Shown: in pieces, positions 10,955 through 23,051 of the stretch
How the letters are laid out: every line of letters begins with the position of its first letter
Numbering within the stretch: the first letter of the stretch is position 1
Origin: Methanocorpusculum sp.
GTDB lineage: Archaea > Halobacteriota > Methanomicrobia > Methanomicrobiales > Methanocorpusculaceae
DNA length: 64,000 nt
Assembly: GCA_965229365.1 (NCBI GenBank)
Contig: OZ245878.1
Coordinates: 1,472,820-1,536,819, forward strand
Reading direction: 5' to 3'
Position numbers and translations under genes: made by a program
The notes under the pieces: generated by a model
Told to the model about the DNA's origin: nothing
Database searches by the model: none
The model's input: the letters and a program-made list of their open reading frames with translations, nothing else

Positions 10955-11097
10955 TTCCAAAAATACCACATTTACAGTAAAACTGTAAAAATAGCAGACA
11001 GTATAAGTTCTGAATGCAGACGAGCTTATGTGAAACGGGGTGCCCGCCTCACATAAGGGTATGTTCAACTATTTTTTCTTTCAGGAAAGATACCGCA

Positions 11098-11211
11098 TTA
11101 CTTGCGGTTTCTTTTCTTTGAAGGTGCGTCGCGTGCTGGGGCTGCTTTCGGGGCTGCGTCTGATTTAACAGGTGCTGCGTCCTTTTTGCCAGCCATAGGT
11201 TTGTTCTGCAT
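11098..11211 (-). CDS. possible small (37 aa) lysine/alanine/proline-rich basic protein MQNKPMAGKKDAAPVKSDAAPKAAPARDAPSKKRNRK
   Basis: ATG preceded by GGTGA on the minus strand, TAA stop; below the ORF-track cutoff; found by reading the 600-bp noncoding gap. Confidence 0.25.
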   Translation of the reverse strand: MQNKPMAGKKDAAPVKSDAAPKAAPARDAPSKKRNRK

Positions 11212-11613
11212 TTGGTTTTCACCTCGGTTTTTAGTGAGTGATTACGCAAATAGTCTGGCTACCTGTCGTTGAATAAATTTCCATGGCGAGACGATTCCCG
11301 TCTTCCCGGCACCTCGTTTATCTCAATGACTGCAGCATTCAGGGGGTGGTCAGACCCCCTATCCGGCTCCCCGGTGTAAGTTAACCCACGTCGCCTCAAT
11401 CCTGTGGAACTTCCTATTTTTCTTGTTGATTTCTCACTGTAAATACTTTTGTGAAGGGAACGAATGAAATCCGGTAAAATCGATAAAAACGTCGTATATG
11501 AGGAGTTTTGCGGTGTTGAAACTAGAGCGCGGACACTTGCGCACGTTAATCATATGCGCCCCGGGCATCTCCCGCAAAATCCTTGAAATCCAATGCGGGA
11601 CATCCAACACGCA

Positions 11614-12459
11614 TTAAAAAATCATATACACCAATTCTGGAAACAAAAAGAGATAACCAATTCCGAACAGGAGGAAAATCCACTCGGCAAATGCCAGAGG
11701 TTTCTTTGGAAAATGCATCGAAGAGTCGGCCTCATATCCCCGGCAGCACATCGAGACGTAGGTTCGTTCTCCCTGATCTATAGCACGGATAAACAAAGAA
11801 CCTGCCGCATTGCCGATCACGCGAAGCCGATACGCAAGAGGAAGATGACGATCGGACCAGGTGAAACATTTGCAGGCAAATGCCGACTGAATTTTCTGGA
11901 AAATCAGTGCGAAGACGAAGATATAGCGGACGGTGAGACTCATGACCGTGATGAAGAGTCTTGGAACATGGAGGCGGGAAGCTGCCTCAAGCATTCCCTG
12001 CATTGTTGTCGTTGCGGACAGAAGAATGATGAACGACAGGGAAATAACGAATTTCGCAAAAAGCGAGAAGCCGAAGATGAGCGACTCCCAGTATACATTC
12101 ACCCCCAGAGGGAAAGAGAACAGAACATGATACAGATCATAATACGGATTTCCAAAGAACGGCTGGAGAATAATGAAGAACAATCCAAACGGCATGATGA
12201 GTAGAAGCCGGACAAGATAGTATCTGATTGAGGCACCCGAAAGGATATAGAGACACCAAAAGAGCATATAAATCACGAGAAGAGCGAAGAGTTGTGGCCA
12301 GGGAATAATCTGATCACCTATCCTGACGTAGGGCAGAATGATCGTTACCAATAAACCCAGAAGACAAAGGATGAGTTTGACTCGGCCATCCATTGAATGG
12401 ACTGGGCTTTTTCGGTATGCCTCGTGTTCGATATCAAAGAGTTCATCGATGAGCGTCAT
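11614..12459 (-). CDS. ecfT: ECF transporter transmembrane T component (CbiQ/EcfT family)
   Basis: 281 aa, about 6 TM segments, stop overlaps the start of the ATPase gene. Confidence 0.65.
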   Translation of the reverse strand: MTLIDELFDIEHEAYRKSPVHSMDGRVKLILCLLGLLVTIILPYVRIGDQIIPWPQLFALLVIYMLFWCLYILSGASIRYYLVRLLLIMPFGLFFIILQPFFGNPYYDLYHVLFSFPLGVNVYWESLIFGFSLFAKFVISLSFIILLSATTTMQGMLEAASRLHVPRLFITVMSLTVRYIFVFALIFQKIQSAFACKCFTWSDRHLPLAYRLRVIGNAAGSLFIRAIDQGERTYVSMCCRGYEADSSMHFPKKPLAFAEWIFLLFGIGYLFLFPELVYMIF

Positions 12460-13388
12460 TCTTGGTGAAAATGGGGATGAGGATGGCCGTGCTGATGATC
12501 ATACATATGTTCCAAATCAGAATGAACGGGAATCTCCTTTTTTTCCCGGGGGATAGGCTCCTTTCCAAATGCTTTCATGAAAGCATCTTCAGCATCCTGA
12601 TACGTGTAGGCCGATTCGATGTTGACTCCCTGGGCCTGAAGAGAACGAATGAGTCTTGGAAGAGCCGGAAGTTCTAAGTGGGCACGTGCAAGCAGATCGT
12701 CCTGAAGGAATATCTCCTGCGGAGTTCCGTATCCGGTGATCTCGCCCTTTTCCATGACGTAGACACAGTCTGCCATCTCCGGAACCAGCTCAACCTGATG
12801 TGTGGAGTAGATAACCGTGAATCCGTATGTTTCGGGAAGAGCGTTCAGGAAACTGAAGAGTTCTTTAACCCCCTGGGGATCCATACCGGCGGTCGGCTCA
12901 TCAAGGATGAGAACATGGGGTTCCATGGCAAGCACTCCTGCAATGGCCACCCGCTTTTTTTCACCGCCGGAAAGGTGGTGGGGAGCCCTGCCACGCAGAT
13001 CTTCGAGACCGAGCATATGGACCACGGAATCAACGCGGTGGGCAATGGTTTCCTCGTCAAGCCCGAGATTACAGGGACCAAAAGCAATGTCCTGTTCAAC
13101 AGTTGTTGAAAATACCTGATCATCTGGATTTTGAAAAACGAGACCGACAAACTTCCGCACCTCGTGGATGTTTGCTTTGGTGATAGGCTCGCCCCGAATC
13201 AAAACCGACCCCGATTTCGGCTTGAGAATGCCGTTCAAATGACGGAAAAGTGTACTTTTTCCAGCTCCATTTGGCCCGAGAACCGCGATCCGCTGTTTTC
13301 TACCGGCAATGAAGTTGATATTGTTTAATACCGGCTTTTTGGATGTGCTGTATGAATAACAGAGGTCCCGGGTTTCAATGAGGTGCAT
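12456..13388 (-). CDS. ecfA: ECF/ABC transporter ATPase (CbiO/EcfA family) with His-rich C-terminal tail
   Basis: Walker A GPNGAGKST, ABC signature LSGGEKKRVAIAG, Walker B ILILDEP; tail HQHGHPHPHFHQE. Confidence 0.8.
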   Translation of the reverse strand: MHLIETRDLCYSYSTSKKPVLNNINFIAGRKQRIAVLGPNGAGKSTLFRHLNGILKPKSGSVLIRGEPITKANIHEVRKFVGLVFQNPDDQVFSTTVEQDIAFGPCNLGLDEETIAHRVDSVVHMLGLEDLRGRAPHHLSGGEKKRVAIAGVLAMEPHVLILDEPTAGMDPQGVKELFSFLNALPETYGFTVIYSTHQVELVPEMADCVYVMEKGEITGYGTPQEIFLQDDLLARAHLELPALPRLIRSLQAQGVNIESAYTYQDAEDAFMKAFGKEPIPREKKEIPVHSDLEHMYDHQHGHPHPHFHQE

Positions 13389-13506
13389 TGTAATGATTTA
13401 TGTATGCTTTGAAGACATAAAGATGGTAGCATTGGTATTACGGAAGACGGGAGAAAAACTGCCTGCAAAAGATTCTAAACTTCAGATAGGGAATTCACGA
13501 AATGGA

Positions 13507-14726
13507 TTACCCGAACATCGATCTAAGAACTCCTTTGACCCCGACTCTGCCGAATGTTCCATACAAAGAGGGCTTCATCATAAGTCTCTTCAGCAGATCG
13601 GAAGGCCGATCCATATCCCCGTAACGAACGATCAGATCAAGAATCTCCGAAGTATTCATTGCATCGATCGCCGCATCGATATCCTCAGAATCCAGGTTCC
13701 GGGGGAATTCCAGAGCCTTCAGACCCATATCAAGTTCACGACCAAAATCACCGCGCCAGAGGGTTTCATATGCTGAAAGAAATGCATCCGTCGTGTCTCC
13801 GGCCTCCACTGATTTGACTGCGGTCTCGGTAGCAAACCGGGCAGAGCGGATCCCTGTATACACTCCACCTCCTGAAGTCGGTTTTGGAAAACCTGCCGCA
13901 TCTCCGATAAGCATGCAGCCATACCCAAACGTTTTACGCCAGATCCCCATTGGAATCGTGCCCGTTACCGAGTGGGTGGTGCTTCCTGGAAACTGGGCGA
14001 GAAATTTTGCAAAAAGGTCAGGTACATTTTTCATTCCGCAAAGACCCACTCGTGCTCTTTTTTCGGACAGAGGGATGACCCAGGCAAAAAAATCTGGAGC
14101 GGCGTTTGGATGAAGTTCGACGAGCGAAGTATTCCCATCCCAAGGAATTTCAGCCTGGATCCCGGAATAAATACAGGGCGACGGTGGGATCCCAAGACTT
14201 CTGGCAACAACACTCCGCGGACCGTCTGCTGCAATCAAAATAGTATAGGGGATTTCCTCCCCGCCGGCAGTATGAATGATTTTTTTCCCGGATTGATCTT
14301 GGTGACGCATGTCTTGAGAGAAAATTCAGCGCCGATCTCAGCAACACGAACGGCGATCTCATGATCGAGTCTGCCTCTGTCAACAACATATGCATTCGTC
14401 GTTTTTACATAGAAAGAAAGGGAATGACCCTCCGATCCACAGATTTTCGCTCCGCGAACCGTATTATACACGGACCGGTCCGACACTTCGCATTCGGCAA
14501 AGGCATTATTCGAAAGGAGACCGGCACACTGTACAGGATACCCTAACGAAGCATGCTCTTCAAGAACCCGGGTGGAAAGACCTGCTTTCGCACAAATTCG
14601 CGCAGCAGTCGAACCGGCTGGTCCGCCCACTATGACGATAACATCAGACACGTATGATTCATTTGGTCGTACTAAAATAAAAATAAATGGGAGTTCCAAC
14701 AAAGATTTCGGTAAACTGAAGGTCAT
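13507..14726 (-). CDS. geranylgeranyl reductase family flavoprotein (archaeal lipid/tocopherol-type GGR), frame broken once
   Basis: FAD motif VIVIVGGGPAGSTAAR at the N-terminus. ORFs 14235..14726 and 13507..14310 are the two halves, joined across an A/T mononucleotide run near 14280-14290. Confidence 0.7.
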
Positions 14727-15547
14727 ATCCCGCGTTTCTTCGCTTCATCATCTACAGAACACTTCATGCTCCGGACATATCTCCTGAGCTCAGCGAGCAC
14801 CCCTTCCTTATCCCCGAGATGATCCTCGATTCTGCCGACAATAGCGCTGCCGACGATAACCCCGTCGGCTCCGTGAAGAACGATCTCCGCAGCATGTGCC
14901 GGCTCTGAGATCCCAAAGCCAACTGCCACGGGTATTTTGGTCCGCGCTTTGACGCGTTCAAGAAGCGGGAAGGCATTTTTCGAGATCTCGGCTCTTTTCC
15001 CGGTGACGCCAAGAGAGGAGACCAGATAGATAAAGCCGGAAGCTAACCTGACGATCATATCGAGCCGCTCGTCAGATGTCGTCTGTGTCACCAGAAAAAT
15101 CTGTGCGATCCCGGTCCACTCAGAAGCTTTCAAGGCAGGCTCAATTTCTTCCGGTGGCATATCGACGATCAGCATCCCATCGACACCGGCCGCATTTGCC
15201 TCATCATAGAACCGGTCAATGCCCCGCCGGAAAACGATGTTACAGTAGACCAGAAACACGATCGGCACATCCGAGTAGCTTCTTACCGCTTGCACGATCT
15301 CAAACACACCGTCTGTTGTAATGCCGGCATCGATCGCCCGATTGTCCGCACTCTGGATCACGCCTCCGTCGGCAACGGGATCGGAAAAGGGAACTCCCAA
15401 TTCCAAAACATCGCAGCCTCCGTCGATCAATGCTTTCGCGATCTCGATCGAATCGGAGAGATTTGGATCGCCGGCAACGGTGTATCCAACGAAACCGGGT
15501 TTTGCAAACGCTGCAGCAACCCACTCTTTTCCGGATTTTTCCGGCAT
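14723..15547 (-). CDS. trpA: tryptophan synthase alpha chain
   Basis: 274 aa; [14 protein letters not shown] ... GFGIS motifs; start ATG overlaps the trpB stop region. Confidence 0.9.
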   Translation of the reverse strand: MPEKSGKEWVAAAFAKPGFVGYTVAGDPNLSDSIEIAKALIDGGCDVLELGVPFSDPVADGGVIQSADNRAIDAGITTDGVFEIVQAVRSYSDVPIVFLVYCNIVFRRGIDRFYDEANAAGVDGMLIVDMPPEEIEPALKASEWTGIAQIFLVTQTTSDERLDMIVRLASGFIYLVSSLGVTGKRAEISKNAFPLLERVKARTKIPVAVGFGISEPAHAAEIVLHGADGVIVGSAIVGRIEDHLGDKEGVLAELRRYVRSMKCSVDDEAKKRGI

Positions 15548-16741
15548 TACTACTCACCCCGAACATCTTTGAAACCGACGAGACATCCTTATCCCCTCTT
15601 CCGGATAAGCATATGACCACGATATCGTCAAGGTCGAAGGAATCCCTGTTTTTCAGAACATACGATACCGTAGGGGCCGATTCAAGAGCAGGAATGATCC
15701 CTTCCGTTCGCGAAAGATAGGAGAAAGCCTCAAGAACCTCGTCATCAATCACGTAGGAATACTCGACACGGTTCAGCTCTTTGAGCATACTGTGTTCTGG
15801 CCCGACGCCTGGATAGTCAAGTCCGGCCGAGATGGAATGCATCACGCCGACCTGCCCGTCCTCATTCTGGATAAGATAGGAGAGAGCTCCATGCAGGACC
15901 CCGGGACTGCCGGTGTTCAGCGTCGCCCCGTTGTTTCCAGGAGTAAGGGCACGTCCTACTGCCTCCACGCCGACCATCCGGACATCGTCATTCAGCATAG
16001 GATAAAACATGCCGATAGCATTCGAGCCGCCGCCGACACAGGCAACAAGCGTATCCTGAAGCCGGCCTTCCTTAAGAAGACACTGACTTCTGGTCTCCTC
16101 ACCAATGACAGACTGGAAATCCCTGACGATCATGGGGAAGGGATGAGGGCCCACGACCGAACCGATCAGGTAGTGGGTGTAGTCGACGATCTTTGACCAT
16201 TCGCGCAATACCTCGTTGGTTGCATCCTTCAGTGTCTTTGTTCCTGAACTGACGGGATGGACTTTGGCCCCCATGAGTTCCATTCTGAATACATTCATTT
16301 TCTGTCTCTCGCAGTCTTCCTCGCCCATAAACACTTCGACAGGCAAATTGAGAGCCGCTCCGGCAATTGCCGTTGCAACGCCGTGCTGTCCGTCTCCGGT
16401 TTCTGCGATCAGGCGTTTTTTCCCATGGCTTTTGCAAGCAGAGCCTGTCCAAGGATGTTGTTGAGTTTATGCGCCCCGCCGTGGACAAGATCCTCACGCT
16501 TGAGATAGACCTTACATCCGCAGTGCTCGGACATATTCCTGCAGAATGTGAGAGGGGTCTCACGTCCGGCAAACTCCGTCAAATAGGAGTTGAGTTCAGC
16601 CTTGAATCCCGGGTCGTATTTTAATCTGTGGTACGCGTCGTCCAGCTCGTAGAGAGCCGCCATGAGTGTTTCGTGGACGAATCTTCCGCCGAACTCTCCA
16701 TAGTATCCTGTTTTTTCTATCATACTGTTGGTCTCCTGCAA
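15548..16741 (-). CDS. trpB: tryptophan synthase beta chain, frame broken (at least two breaks)
   Basis: ORF 16409..16741 (N-term, [12 protein letters not shown] region) and ORF 15300..16346 (GGGSNAIG ... SGRGDKDV). The break at about 16416-16421 is an A6 run where [11 protein letters not shown] needs one more A. The 3' end runs through its stop into trpA because of a further shift near 15580. Confidence 0.85.
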
Positions 16742-17298
16742 ATTTCTATAAATTCCCGCATCTTTTTTCTGTCTTTGATTCCCTTTGACTTTTCAACGCC
16801 GGATGAGACATCGACGGCATACAGACGAAGATCTCTGATGGCGTCCACTAAATTGTCGGGTGTTAAGCCGCCGGCAAGTATAACGGGAACCGCCGACTTT
16901 TCGACTACATTTTGGGCATAACTCCGGTCGTACACGATTCCATGGCCGCAGCTCTCATCGATTACAACCGCATCGCATTTCTCGGGAATGCCGGTCTCTC
17001 CCGACGCCACGCGGTAAATTTTAGTTCCGACTCCCGCCGGAACCTGCAGATTCTGGGGAATCTGAATGTCAGTCGGCTTGAGGGAGAGGATGAGTTCCAG
17101 ATCGCTTTGACTTTGGGTGTTGGTAACGCAGATCTTCTCGGTGTTAGGATGAAGGGCGGCGAAGATCTCTCTTGCACGGCTGACCGGAACCGAACGTTTC
17201 GAATCCGAACAGACAACAATTCCGATAGCATCGGCCCCTTCTTCTTCCGCGATTAAAGCATCCCTTACCGTGGTGATCCCGCATATTTTTACGCGCAT
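16720..17298 (-). CDS. trpF: phosphoribosylanthranilate isomerase
   Basis: 192 aa; MRVKICGIT ... DAIGIVV pattern. Confidence 0.8.
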   Translation of the reverse strand: MRVKICGITTVRDALIAEEEGADAIGIVVCSDSKRSVPVSRAREIFAALHPNTEKICVTNTQSQSDLELILSLKPTDIQIPQNLQVPAGVGTKIYRVASGETGIPEKCDAVVIDESCGHGIVYDRSYAQNVVEKSAVPVILAGGLTPDNLVDAIRDLRLYAVDVSSGVEKSKGIKDRKKMREFIEICRRPTV

Positions 17299-18055
17299 AC
17301 GAATGCCTCCAGGGTTTTTTGCGGATTCACAGATTTCATCAGGGCGGTTCCGATGAGAAAACCGTCACATAAGTTTTTCAAACCAAGGATATCCTCCGGT
17401 ATTTTGATGCCGCTCTCGGAGATCACGGTGAGACCCGCTTCTCTGAAAAGGGGTGAGAGGTCGATCGTTGTTTTCGTATCGACCGACATGTCATGGAGAT
17501 TCCTGTTGTTTATGCCGGTAAGCAGTGCCCCGGATTTTATAGCATTTTCCGTATCTGCCCGGTTCCTGACCTCGACCAGCGGCTCAATATGCAGAGACCG
17601 GCAGAGGATGATGAACTCTTCAACCCGGTCACGCAAAACATCGGCTATCAGAAGCACCGAATCGACCTGCAGGGCACAGGTTTCGTAGATCTGCTTTTCA
17701 TCGACGATGAAATCCTTTTTCAGGATCGGAAGCCTGGTCCCGGGTTTTGCTTTGGTGAGATTCACCGCATTTCCCGAGAAGTAGAAAGGTTCAATCAGAA
17801 CGGAAACGGCACATGCCCCGCCTGCTTCATAGAAGCGGGCGAAGTCGGCCGGTCCAGCCCTGAGTCAAGGGTCTTGTCCGAGGGGGTTTTGTATTTGATC
17901 TCGGCGACAACCGCATTTTTCCGGCCCTGGCAGTTTTTCACAGCGTTGAGGAGACTTTGAGGGACATGATCCATTTCTTCAGCGGTTTTTCTGATCGAGG
18001 GATCGATCAGTGCTGCCCTTTTCCGCGAAAGGTCACAGATGTCATCAAGAATCAT
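17289..18055 (-). CDS. trpC: indole-3-glycerol-phosphate synthase, frame broken
   Basis: ORFs 17795..18055 (N-term) and 17289..17765 (PILKKDFIVDEKQI, IGINNRNL) belong together; breaks around 17800-17880. Confidence 0.75.
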
Positions 18056-19066
18056 TTCGGCCTCCGGAAAGGAGAATCAGATTCTCCAGTTTCTCGAGCG
18101 CACGACCCGAGTCTATGGATCTTTCCGCAGATTTGATCCCGTCCGCGATACTTCCTGCCTTGTCTCCAAGGTAGATTGCAGCCGCGGCATTGAGGATGAC
18201 GATATCTCTTCTCGGGCCTTCTTCACCCGCGAGAACCGATCTGATGATCCGGGCATTGTACTGAGGATCCCCCCGAAGAGAGAGGCGGCATCAGCTCTTG
18301 GAAACCCGAAGGCTGATGCGTCAAGAGAATAACTCCGGACATGACCGTCGTTCACCTCAAATACATGGGTAATGCCGGTCGTTGTTATCTCGTCATATCC
18401 ATCACCGTGAAGAACCATTGCCCTTTTCGTGCCAAGAATATTGAGAACATCAGCGATCTTTTCCGTGAGTGAAGTATCATAGACTCCAAGCAGCTGGGCA
18501 TCGGCACCGGCAGTATTCGAGAGAGGGCCGATAAGATTGAAGAAACTGCGGATACCGATCTCCTTTCTGACCCTGCCCGCATACTTCATAGCAGGATGAT
18601 GGCTTTGGGCAAACATAAATCCGATGCCGTTTTCATCGATTATTTCACAGACTCTTTCCGACGAAATATCGATTTTTATCCCAAGTGCTTCCAGAACATC
18701 GGCGGATCCGCACTTACTGGTTGCTCCCCGGTTTCCATGCTTGACGAAGGTGACTCCGGCTCCAGCCGCAGTGAAAGCCGCTGCCGTACTAATGTTGAAG
18801 GTATTTTTTCCATCGCCTCCGGTGCCGCAGGTGTCAACGAGCATGCCGTTTCATTTCGGAGTGATTTGGACGGCATTCTCCCGCATCACGGATGCAAAAG
18901 CAGCGATCTCGGCACTTGTCTCGCCCTTCATAACAAGGGCCGTCAGGAATGCGCCGATCTGACTGTCTGCAGCATTTCCCGCCATGATATCCTGCATTGA
19001 TCCTTTCGCCTCGAAAATACTCAGATCTGAGCGTGACGAGACTTTTTTTATGCATTCTGCAATCAT
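18040..19066 (-). CDS. trpD: anthranilate phosphoribosyltransferase, one in-frame TGA plus one homopolymer frame break
   Basis: ORF 18851..19066 is the TrpD N-terminal helical domain (QIGAFLTALVMKGET), not TrpG. In-frame TGA at 18851-18853 just before DTCGTGGDG. C-terminal 80 aa recovered by adding one C to the C-run near 18265. Confidence 0.8.
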
Positions 19067-19159
19067 CTGACCACTCCTATGTCCAGAAAATTTTTCATGA
19101 TTTTGTCGCCCGACTCCGTGAGTAGGTGAAACTGTCGTAACAGTCGATTACCAGAACGT

Positions 19160-20657
19160 TCATGCGGTTTCACCCGCTGACTCGATGGCGGCCTTCATGC
19201 TCGCGGCCTTGTTTTCTGACTCAATAAACTCGGATGCCGGATTGGAATCTGCAACGATGCCTGCTCCCGACTGGAAATACGCAGTTTTGTCTTTTACCAC
19301 AACGGTCCGAATTAGGATCGCAAGATCCAGATTTCCATTGAATCCAATATAACCAACGGCCCCGGCATATGGGCCACGGGATGTCGGTTCAAGTTGGTTT
19401 ATGATCTGCATGGCGCGTATTTTCGGTGCCCCGGACACGGTAACGGCAGGAAAACACGACATGAAGGCATCGAAAGATGTCTGGTCGTCCGAAAGGATGC
19501 CCTCAACGGTCGATACGATGTGCTGAACATGGGAGAATTTTTCAACCGACATAAAGTCAGTCACCCGAACGCTTCCGTATCTGGAGACGCGGCCGATATC
19601 GTTTCTCGAGAGATCGACAAGCATCAGATGCTCGGCACACTCTTTTTTTATCAACTAAGAGTTCCTTTTCCAGCTCGATATCCTCTTTTGCATTCTTCCC
19701 GCGCTTTCTGGTGCCGGCGATTGGAACCGAGGTGACCTGCCACCCTTCCACTTTGATCAGCATCTCGGGGCTTGCGCCGATGACCTGTTTGTCGGAGAAG
19801 TCCATGAAATACATATAGGGACTCGGATTTAGTCTTCTCATCTGCCGATAGATCTTGAATGGATCGCCTTCATAGGACACCGCGCATTGTTTTGAGATGA
19901 CGACCTGGAAGATATCTCCGTTGAGAATGTACTCTTTTGAAGTTCTCACAAGATCTTCGAACTCGGTTTCCGATAGGCTGGATGTATAAGTTGATCCTGC
20001 TTTGCCCATGTTTTCGCACGGGAGTTTCTCTTCAAGGGACGCCAGCTCGCAGAGAGTTTTTTTTGCTGTGGATATCTGACGAAGGGCCTCGGCATATCCG
20101 GATTCGATGTCTTGCAGATTCGTCCCGAATAAAAATCTGAGAATGGTGATCGTTCCCCGAACATGATCGAATATGACATACTCTTCCGGCATCATGAACT
20201 CGGTAAGAGGAAAATCACGCGGTTTTTCTTTGATGCCGGGAACACTAAGGGTTTTGAGCGCAAGATCATACGAGAAGTATACGGCAAGACCGCCTGCATA
20301 TCCGGGAATGTCCGGACTTTGATACTCGATGCAGCGTAACAGTTCGTTGAGTGATTCCGCGGACACGTCCCGATCTTCAATTCCTTTTGCAGGGGTGTAT
20401 TTTCCTCTGAGTGCCTCATATGCAGAGGCAGGCGAGATTCCCGGGTCAGTAAAGGTAGTATAAACGGGAATCAGCTTATTGGCCGTTAAGGTCTTTTTGA
20501 GTTCAGGTAATTCCTCTCTTGAGGGAAAGACCGGATTTGGACTATATTCCCCGATTATACCAGTTTCCATTCCACCGGCATCACCATCCGATTCGTATTG
20601 ATTGATTGCATAATTCACAATAATTGTTGTCTGTTGCACACATACATTACTGTACAA
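19160..20657 (-). CDS. trpE: anthranilate synthase component I, frame broken
   Basis: ORFs 19557..20657 and 19160..19654 (chorismate-binding C-terminal domain, GAPKIRAMQII ... GYIGFNG); break at a T/A run near 19641-19650. Confidence 0.85.
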
Positions 20658-21049
20658 ATAATTTAAATTGCGTGTGCCGTAAAATAAAAAAACATCCCAT
20701 AATTATCCCAAAAATCTCGGGAAAATGAGACGATAACACCCAATGAAACGATATTCTGACAATTTATCGATGTTTAACAGCATGCAAGGAATAATCCGTC
20801 AGTGTGTCGACTAGAATAAACGTCACCATTACTGCAGCGAAATCTTAAGGGCACCCATACGGTCAACTTTATCCTGCATCATCGCCTTGACCACATAGAG
20901 CATCGGGATTTAATTAACACCTTAAGTCATGGATTATCAAACGCATTTGTCCGGGTTTCTGAATGAGATGAATTCATCCCCCACCCCCAAGTAGTAAAAT
21001 GAGGGAAAAACCCTCTAGATATCTCGTAACATATCAACACGGTTTGCGG

Positions 21050-21790
21050 TTACTTGTAGTGTTTTTTTTCACCGTTTTCTGAAAGGAAGGAAAGAGCAGG
21101 TGTTATTAAAAGATCGGGATTTGTAGCAGAAAACAGGTGATCACCATCCACAAGGACAAGTTTAGATTTTGGAATGCCACAAACCAGCTCGCGTGTAATT
21201 TTCATCGGGATGATTTTATCATTTTTTCCGCTGACGATAAGTACCGGACATTTTATCCGACCAAGCAGTGGGCGGGTATCGCATCTGTTTGCAGCACCTG
21301 TCATTCATTTAAAAGATGCCGGAGTTGGTGGATATCTCTGTTCATACACCCATCCGGTCATCTTCTCTTTTACCCCGGGAATCATTGTTGCAGCAATGCC
21401 AATGAATCGCATCACAGGCAGGGCACGACTGAACCCAACAACGAGAATGAGGCTAATTACCCTTTCGGGATATTTTGCGGCTATTATGTGTGCTGTCTGA
21501 GACCCCATTGATGTTCCCATAATATGAGCTTTTGAAATCCCCAGCGCATCCATCAAATCGACGGCATCTTCGGCCATCATTTCTATTGTGTAGGGAACGT
21601 CTGGTTTATCGGTTCGTCCAACACCGCGGCAATCATATACAATAACCCGGTATCCGGCGGCGAATTTGTCGAGATATCTCGATCTTCCCGGTTTAGTGAC
21701 CATCGAAGATATTTCGAATCCAAGCCCTGTATCATAAGAAGAGGTTCACCAACACCGTGAACCTCGAAATGTATATTGATACCGTTAACA
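21050..21790 (-). CDS. alpha/beta-fold hydrolase, frame broken
   Basis: Nucleophile-elbow GTSMGS and C-terminal GDHLF motif. ORFs 21305..21703 and 21050..21304 plus an upstream extension (ANVNGINIHFEVHGVGEPLLMIQGL) recovered by one G in a G-run near 21745. Confidence 0.55.
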
Positions 21791-21810
21791 TTTGCAATTG
21801 GAATTTTTCA

Positions 21811-22047
21811 TCAAATCCTTAAAAAATCCCTGTCAATCTCAAACAAAATACAACCCCTTTCATTCCACCATGTACATACTTCACAACTGTTGTGATCGCG
21901 CGTACATCTCCGTCTGGTAGATTCCAGCGGACATTCATACCGTTTTGCGCATTCCCAGCAACATGTACCCGTGGCCCTTCCTGCAATATAACCAGGATTC
22001 AAAAATGAGCCTTTACGCCTCTTCACCTCTCTTATCATACCCTGCAA
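21811..22047 (-). CDS. small cysteine-rich ORF (78 aa, 8 Cys: CCWEC...C...C...C..C...C) of unknown function
   Basis: ORF-track ORF inside the low-GC island; codon usage looks coding but no family recognised. Confidence 0.2.
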   Translation of the reverse strand: MQGMIREVKRRKGSFLNPGYIAGRATGTCCWECAKRYECPLESTRRRCTRDHNSCEVCTWWNERGCILFEIDRDFLRI

Positions 22048-22084
22048 CCTCCGTCACAACAACACAATTTCATATAAGCTGCTT

Positions 22085-23036
22085 TCATTCACAAGCTTCC
22101 TCCTTTTCAAACTCAGAATAATTACCAACTGATGCAGATGCCAAGAAAAGAAGACTGGATACTGGGCGTTCGGTATTTTTAACATTATAATACGTTTCTC
22201 TGTATAAACCAGAATGGATTACCTTAACATTTGAAAAGCCCAGTTCTGAAAGAAATATTTGCACCTCTCCATCGGCAAAACCGGAAAGCAGAGGCTCACC
22301 TGCGGCGGCCGTACATTGTCTGATATTATCTCTGCCCTCACTTTCAGACGTTCCGTCTGCAAGCGACTTCGGGATGAAATCAAACAGAACTAAGCTCTTT
22401 TCACAGTAATTTCTCGCAATTCCTGAAAAAAAGATTGAAAACTGCATCATATGATAGATACATTAAAAGCCCTTCTAAAATAAACAAAGTCTTTAAAGCA
22501 GGAGAATAGCCGGCTGTTTTCATCTGCTCCCACAAATTACCGTCTTCAAGGTCAAAAGGTACAAATGTCACATGAGAGGGGAATTTTCCAAATATTTCTT
22601 TTACAATTTCTTTTTTTCTCTTAATCGTCGATAGATTGTCAACTTCAAACACCTTTATCCCATTTTTCAAAGAGTCAATCCGATATGCCCTTGTATCATA
22701 ACCTGCTCCGAGAATTACAAGTTGCCTGAATCCATCTGTGGCGGCGTTCTGTATTATGTCGTCAAAATAACGTATTCTTGCACGGATTGAGTTGCTCCAG
22801 CCCGGCATCTTCCTTTCGTACTCTTCTGCCATTACCCTAGCTTCAATCGGATGTTCCTTTGCCCATTCAAGTACATGACGATTTATAAAATAAGTAGCAT
22901 ACTGATCACAAAAAATGCGTATATCCTCAGGCAGTTGTGATTCAGCGAGACGCTGCAGTGCTATTCCTTCGGCCATTTTACTGGAACCTTTAGTTGTTCT
23001 TATATTTTCGTTGTCATTGATCATAGCATACCTCAT
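22085..23036 (-). CDS. SAM-dependent methyltransferase of the LCMT/Ppm (TIGR00027-like O-methyltransferase) family, frame broken at an A7/T7 run near 22430
   Basis: VILGAGYDTRAYR and EGLLMYLS motifs. ORF 22401..23195 plus ORF 22085..22450. Likely true start is the M of MRYAMIND at 23036; the upstream YTYVEYVIY repeats are the translated tandem DNA repeat, not protein. Confidence 0.6.
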
Positions 23037-23051
23037 AATTTTTTGATAGAT

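Noticed and set aside
11593-12204. 203-aa plus-strand ORF over the EcfT gene
   Set aside because: Antisense to a membrane-protein gene with clear operon context; charged low-complexity product.
13389-13506. Cobalamin riboswitch upstream of the ecfA-ecfT operon
   Set aside because: Only about 118 bp of leader with no recognisable B12-box and no cbiM/cbiN; too short for an AdoCbl aptamer.
18851-19066. ORF 18851..19066 as trpG (glutamine amidotransferase)
   Set aside because: Sequence (QIGAFLTALVMKGET) is the N-terminal helical domain of TrpD, continuous with ORF 18113..18844 apart from a TGA. There is no GATase triad.
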